Source: Octopus vulgaris (taxonomy: Eukaryota). Taken from it: a DNA stretch of 64,000 nucleotides. The DNA is taken from assembly GCA_951406725.2 (NCBI GenBank), contig OX597825.1, positions 1,860,001 to 1,924,000 on the forward strand, written 5' to 3'. Within the stretch, counting starts at the first letter, position 1; each line of letters opens with the position of its first letter. Positions 57,942-64,000 of the stretch are shown here, piece after piece. The translations under genes were made by a program, and so were the position numbers. The notes beneath the pieces are model-generated. The model saw only the letters and a list, made by a program, of their open reading frames with translations, was not told the origin of the DNA and searched no databases.

Positions 57942-58328
57942 TATCTTTTACCTTTTAATTGTTTCAATCGTATGAGTGCGGCCATGCTGGGGCATGCGCC
58001 TTCAAGGGTTTTAGTCGAATAAATCGATACCAGAACTTTTTGTCTTTTGTTTTGAAGCTTTGTACTTATTCTGTCGTTCTCTTTTGCCAAACCGCTATGT
58101 TACGGAGACGTAAACACACCAAAGGCGCTTGTCAAGCGGAGGTGGGGGGATAAACACAGACACAAAGACATGCACGCACATATTCAATGGGCTTCTTTCG
58201 GTTTCACTCACAAGGCTGTTGTCGGACAAGCAGTTGAAGACACTTGTTCAAATTTTCACGCAGTGGGGTTGAATCTGAAACCACGTGGTTGGGAAGCAAG
58301 CGTCTTACCTCACACCCACGCCTGCACC
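57942..58328 (-). mobile_element. SINE family B
   Basis: Colinear with 35201-35644. Confidence 0.82.
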
Positions 58329-59699
58329 TAAATGATACTGCTCGAAAAAGTTTGGATGTGTTCCTACGTATTTTCACATTACAGTTCGCTTGAAAAAATA
58401 AAAACCTTCCTAAATTCATAACCGACTTTTCTTGACCTTTCTATATTTTCATATTCGGAATCAATGGACGATGTGTTTTGCTGTTAAAGGCGTTTGATAT
58501 AAACCTTACCGACAGGAATTTTCCTGTTGTTAAATTTTAAAGTTTCAGTCAAGTGTAACTTTTCCCTCTTTTGATAAGAGGGAACAATTAAATCTGTCCT
58601 CCCAAAAAATGTGTGACCTTGCACCCCTACCGTTAATGGGAGATCATCTTGGTATACAATAAAGACATTCTTCCACTGATTCTTATGCACAAACCGCACT
58701 TAACACAATGATCCACTGGAATACACTTACCCACACAATACAACAATGAACTAAACAATCTATTCAATATAGAAAATAAGTAAATAAACTATTTATGATG
58801 GAATAAATGCTCATCATATAGAGTTGCCAAAATAAATACACAGAAAGCATGCCCTGGTCGTACGTAAGAATAAACAGCTGACTGGTAGCGTATAACTGTA
58901 AAGGTAAACATTTCAGGTTCGTGCGATGATGTCTACCTCTATCACATTAGCAACTACCGAACAGAATGAGGTAACTACATCAATTCATTCAGAAGGTAAG
59001 GTTTTGAAGGTTTACAAACGTTGCTGACAGATAATCGAACTTTATCGATCAAAACAAATTGAACTGAACTATGAACAAAGACTACTAGAACAAAACTGAT
59101 AAAAAATGTATTATATAAAAGTAAAACAACTCTACTGAAATAAAATACACACACACACTCATATTTATGCGTTTACATGTATGTACATGCTTGTTTATAG
59201 CATTGGCGTTGTTGTTTCTCTCTCTCTCTCTCTTATATGTGTGTGTATGTGTTAAAAAAAACAAATTGAAGAAAAAGCTTTGAAATCTTTATCATAGATA
59301 AAAGTAAGGAAGTATTTACCCTTTAATCAAAATATGCTACCGGTTCCAATCGCTTTAAACAGATTATTTAGTCATGCTGAAACAAAGGAATATTCTTTTA
59401 TTCTTTTGTTAGTATAATGAAATGAATTAAATTTATCTTCCTTGATAAATCTACTTGTTTTTCTTACAAAAGTCGCATGGTGTTGGTGTTTTGTTTTCTT
59501 TCTATTGTTTCAAGAATATAAAAATATGCTATTTCAAAATTATTAAGGATAAAATTATTCGTCATTTTCCAAGACACATAATTTAGAAAGCAAAGCAGTT
59601 CATTTTCCAGGGAAGCATAGCAAGATTTCCAAAAACAAAAACTAATGCATAGAAGGTAGATCTAAAATATAATGAATCATATTTTTAAAAGATGCAGCA

Positions 59700-59990
59700 A
59701 AAATGGAAGAAATACTGGAGAAGACGAGAGAGGATTGAAAACAAGTCTGATTGGTGAAACACCAATCATAAGGTTGGTTAACGATGCCATCGTCATTTCA
59801 ACGATTAAAAGAGACACTTAATAAAGCTTAGTTGAGACGTGAGCAAGATGCAGGAAATATTCGCGATGGCTGTTAATAGAGAAAAAGAATGATAATTTGT
59901 GCCGAAGCATGACAGAGATCAGTTTAAAATGAAACTGAAAATAATGTGTTAATACCTTGAGTGATTTTATCATCAAATGATACCAAATCA
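59700..59990 (+). pseudogene. Possible heavily decayed LINE reverse transcriptase fragment
   Basis: GLKTSLIGETPIIRLVNDAIVIS loosely resembles the RTE GIKIGG..NLRYADDTVLIA region; many stops. Confidence 0.25.
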
Positions 59991-60388
59991 CTCTTTACTT
60001 TGGAAAGAAGGTACTTCTGCATTATCTTTTGAGGTTAGAGATTTGATACTGTTTGAATATATTTGCAGAAGCTCCTACTCATAGCCAACTGTATGTGGTT
60101 TCAAGTACACTTAAGAGCAGTAGAATATACATGGATATACTTACGCACACACATTCGCACGTTCGCACGTGTGTGTATGTACATAATATGTGAGGGCTTC
60201 TTGATCTCTCCGAAGCTATGCGCAAACCATGTTGGCATAGACCTTTTAGATTAAATGTGCGTTTTATTAAATATCTCTTGATGTATTATGAAACTGATTG
60301 CTTCTTCCTGAACCCAATCATATTAGAATGTAAACAGATGATGCAAACATCCACCTACATCACATTATTGCATCACATCGTATATATA

Positions 60389-60616
60389 TTTCTTTATTAC
60401 CCACAGGGGGGCTACACACAGAGGGGACAAACAACGACAGACAAACGGATTAAGTCGATTATATCGACCCCAGTGCGTAACTGGTACTTAATTTATCGAC
60501 CCTGAAAGGATGAAAGGCAAAGTCGACCTCGGCGGAATTTGAACTCACAACGTAACAGCAGACGAAATGCGGCTAAGCATTTCGCCCGGCGTGCTAACGA
60601 TTCTGACAGCTCGCCG
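60389..60616 (-). mobile_element. SINE family A, alternative 3'-end subfamily
   Basis: Family A head and core, but the 3' end is TTTGTCCCCTCTGTGTGTAGCCCCCTGTGGGTAATAAAGAAA instead of GGCCTTGTGCC. Confidence 0.88.
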
Positions 60617-63600
60617 TATATATTACAAAGTACAACCTATAACATATCGTGAAATAATATACTGTCGGAAAGTGCATTCGGTAAGAAAGTGTAAATTGTA
60701 AGAGTAAACCGAAATCTGTGTTACATTACAAAATGTGAACAACGCTCCGAGATGCAACTTATGTATGATGAAACGTAATATTGCATACTGCAGCTTGTAT
60801 TATAACGTGGACTGCAAATACCGCTGTTTAGTACAAGCTTTATAATACTACTATAGAATGTAAACATGGCCTTTAATTGCGGCATGTACTATATCATGAG
60901 ACATAAATGCTATTGAAAAATGTAACCTGAACTAGTTTGTGTAATGCTGTACATATTGCAGTAAATTGCAACATATTTTGTATTTTGATATATAGCAATG
61001 TAGCAAATTGCAACCTATTGAGACACATTTACTATATAGTATTAACTTTCAGTCTGCATATTATTTTTGAGTTTCATAAATATATTACTTTATTATCGGT
61101 AAAATATTGATAATTCCATTCATTACATTATAATTCCATATCACTTTTCATCATTATATTAATTGGGTTCTGATATGCAAAGAAAAATATGTAATAAATA
61201 AGAATCATACTTAAAAAAACTCACCAAATAACGATCATTTATGTTGTTATTTTTGATGACGTACGCACATTATTGTTTTAATAAAAGTATTATTACTGCA
61301 GTCATTGTGCATACAAGTCCTTCAAAAGGCAGATCAACAACATTTCAAGTACATCCTCAGGTACAGAAATCACTGAATCATCTTAACTATTAACCTTCGA
61401 ATCAGATGAAGGTTGATTCATCTGATTCGAGGGTTGCCCCCTTCTTATTCTCACACAACATATCGTACTCGGTAGTATCCATTAATTCAAATATTTAGCT
61501 CTTCAGGAATTTTCTCTTATCGCCAATGGACCACAGTGTATCCATTTCCGGACCACGCATGTTTCCCATCATTTGAATTCGATATTCTGCCGCTAATTAT
61601 CTGTTCCTTCTAATACCCACAAGCACAGTCTTTGAAGCGAAACACGGTGTTCTGACAAACAATGTGGTTGTAAACGTGTAGCCAATCTACCATATATAAT
61701 TGAGCTGCTTCTATTCTTTGCTCTGTTTACTGACAGATCAGTATGTCCTGTAACAAATGACTTCGTTATTGGTGAAAATCACTATGATGTCATACTTGTT
61801 CATCCATCCACCAAAACGTGAACAAAATATGCAACAGTGAGGCATCATTTTCATCTTGAAAATTATCATTGGTTGAACTTACTGCCATCTTCCCTGCTTG
61901 TGGTTGCAACTGTAAATTTTCCCTTTCATGACTTATTGTTGTTAGCAACACTGTTTTAGTGACCCTTTTTATCTTTCAGTTGATTACCATCCTTGTTAAT
62001 TTCCATAGTTTTTTAACCCCGGTTCAGACACTTTTAAAAAGAGAATCATGTGTCATATGATAAAGTGTGGGTGTAGGTTCGAGTTCAAAACTGACGCCTT
62101 CCTATTGGCTTGGATCATTCTAAGATTTCTTCTTTTCGTTTCCCTGTTGGTTGGTTTCGCCTTCAAGGTTCACTCAGGTATTTTAGCTATCTGATCTCCA
62201 CAGAAAGATGACCACTCAAAAGCAGTTAAAGAAACACCAATGCTGTCACACCCAGGAACCAAAACATTTATAAACATTTAATCAACGCAGTACCCAAGAA
62301 CACTTCAACATTATATGAGACGAATGAACGGAGGACCCGGCTAATTGCCAAGACCTAGTTACATGAGCCACTGTATCTCTGTCCGGTCTCAATCGTTTGA
62401 CCAGAAAGCAAGGTACAAATGCCAGAAGGGTGATGGCAGGACATGCAGAAGAGCAGCAAGTCTTCACCAATATGGATATTATTTAATCTCTGTATGCTCA
62501 ACTTGTCAGTTGTCCCGGCAAGGGGTTGGATACTTTGTAATGCATTTTCCTGTCAATTTATTACCGGAAAATAAAACATTACATTAATCTAGCGAGGAAT
62601 TCATTAACTGGATTTTGAAAATAAATTTTGAAGTGTGAGTGACATAATAAGAAAGTGCATAAATATAATTACAGAAATTAATAGTTTTATCTGCCAGTAA
62701 TTTCCGCGCTGTTTTTACTTTTCATTGTAACTGCCATATTATCTACGCCATGAAGCGTTGATTTTTTTTAGCATTTCTTGCACATTTGGTAAGCTTTAGT
62801 CAATGTATTATATTTCATGATACAACGTATCCATATTGGATCTCCTCACAGACCTTCTCTGCTATTCGTTCGGTGTTTGTGCAGTGCATTCTATCATTGC
62901 ATAATGAATAATCTGTAATAAGTCTTTTCTTCATCTCAAACTTCCTATTGATTGCACCATATACTTTTGATTATAAGTACTCTGAGACTTGATGTATGTT
63001 ACCATTTTCAGCATATCCCTAATTCGTATTACCTTTGAGATAGGATGCCAAATTACAATAGCTGGAGACTAATGCTTTTCTCAAAGAGTACAGCTATTTA
63101 TGAAGAAATGGAATATTGAACCTTTCTGAGAGACCCGGGCCTTAAATGCTTAAAGGTTCTGATAAAAGCACAGTATATTGTTACTGACCTGGTAATCTAC
63201 AGTTGTCCCGAAATCTGCTAAACAACAGCTGTCTACAGTTTTGCTGCGAAAGCCGTGCGACCGGGTATCCTGACTCGCGCAGACAGTATAAGTAGAATGC
63301 ACGATGCGTTTCCTTTGGTTATTCACTCTTCGCTAAATGTTGCAAATGGCAGCTGGTGGATTTCAGTAAAGTTCACTGTAAATCTATTTTAAGGTAGGCC
63401 AGACAGATATACAATATATTTTTCTTTTTTTTATATTTTGTGAAATCATCCTAAAAAAGGCCTGTAGCCCAATTCTAGACAATGTATTTGAGGATAGGAA
63501 GGAAGTTGCATTAATGCCACAAAAGCTCTCTATATATACATGCATATTTAAGATAGCAAATAAAAGATGGCAATAAAAACATTAATGAAATACGATTAGA

Positions 63601-64000
63601 TGGTAATAAAAGAACTAATAAAAAAAATTGTCGGTAATAAAATTCAGTAAATGAGATAACAAAAAAAAAAGAAGAAAAACGAAAAAGGCGCCGATAAAAC
63701 ACAATAAATGGAAATGGTATTAGAGGAACCGATAAAAATATTAGAATAAAAGAAATTGCCGACATTAGTAAGGGTACTTCTTAATACGGAATTTAAAGAG
63801 ATCAAGGTCATAGTCTGCGGTAAATCAATTGGGAGAGATTCTATTCTTCAATTCAGCTGTTCTGAGAAAATGTAAACTTTGTTGTTGGGACTTGTAGTGC
63901 ATCCCTGACATATCCAGGAAGTAAGAAAGCAATTCACCAAATATGGCAACCGTAATACTGATGAGAATTTCTCAGGTCGACAATAACAGGTAATGACACG

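Overview
Eukaryotic, AT-rich non-coding DNA saturated with microsatellites and tRNA-derived SINEs. The repeat content looks like an octopus (cephalopod) genome; this is my inference from SINE sequence style, not a database result. Nearly all ORFs in the track are microsatellite translations. No complete gene is present: there is one candidate first coding exon (minus strand, 44889-44997) and two decayed mariner transposase 5' fragments arranged as a fold-back. The main signal is a set of about a dozen ORF-less inserts at (TA)n or similar tracts. Many share one layout: a terminal repeat with a unique 3' 'tail' anchored on the microsatellite, an inverted or partial-tandem copy lacking the tail, and often a type I hammerhead ribozyme motif with a palindromic stem III. 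This matches pseudo-LTRs of Penelope-like elements (PLEs) or retrozyme-like non-autonomous retroelements. The best case is a near-perfect ~1.5 kb palindrome (46746-48246) carrying two mirror copies of an intact-core hammerhead with an unusually long (~85 nt) stem II. A second long-stem-II hammerhead lies in a 484-nt partial tandem unit (5979-6593). SINE and microsatellite boundaries are approximate.
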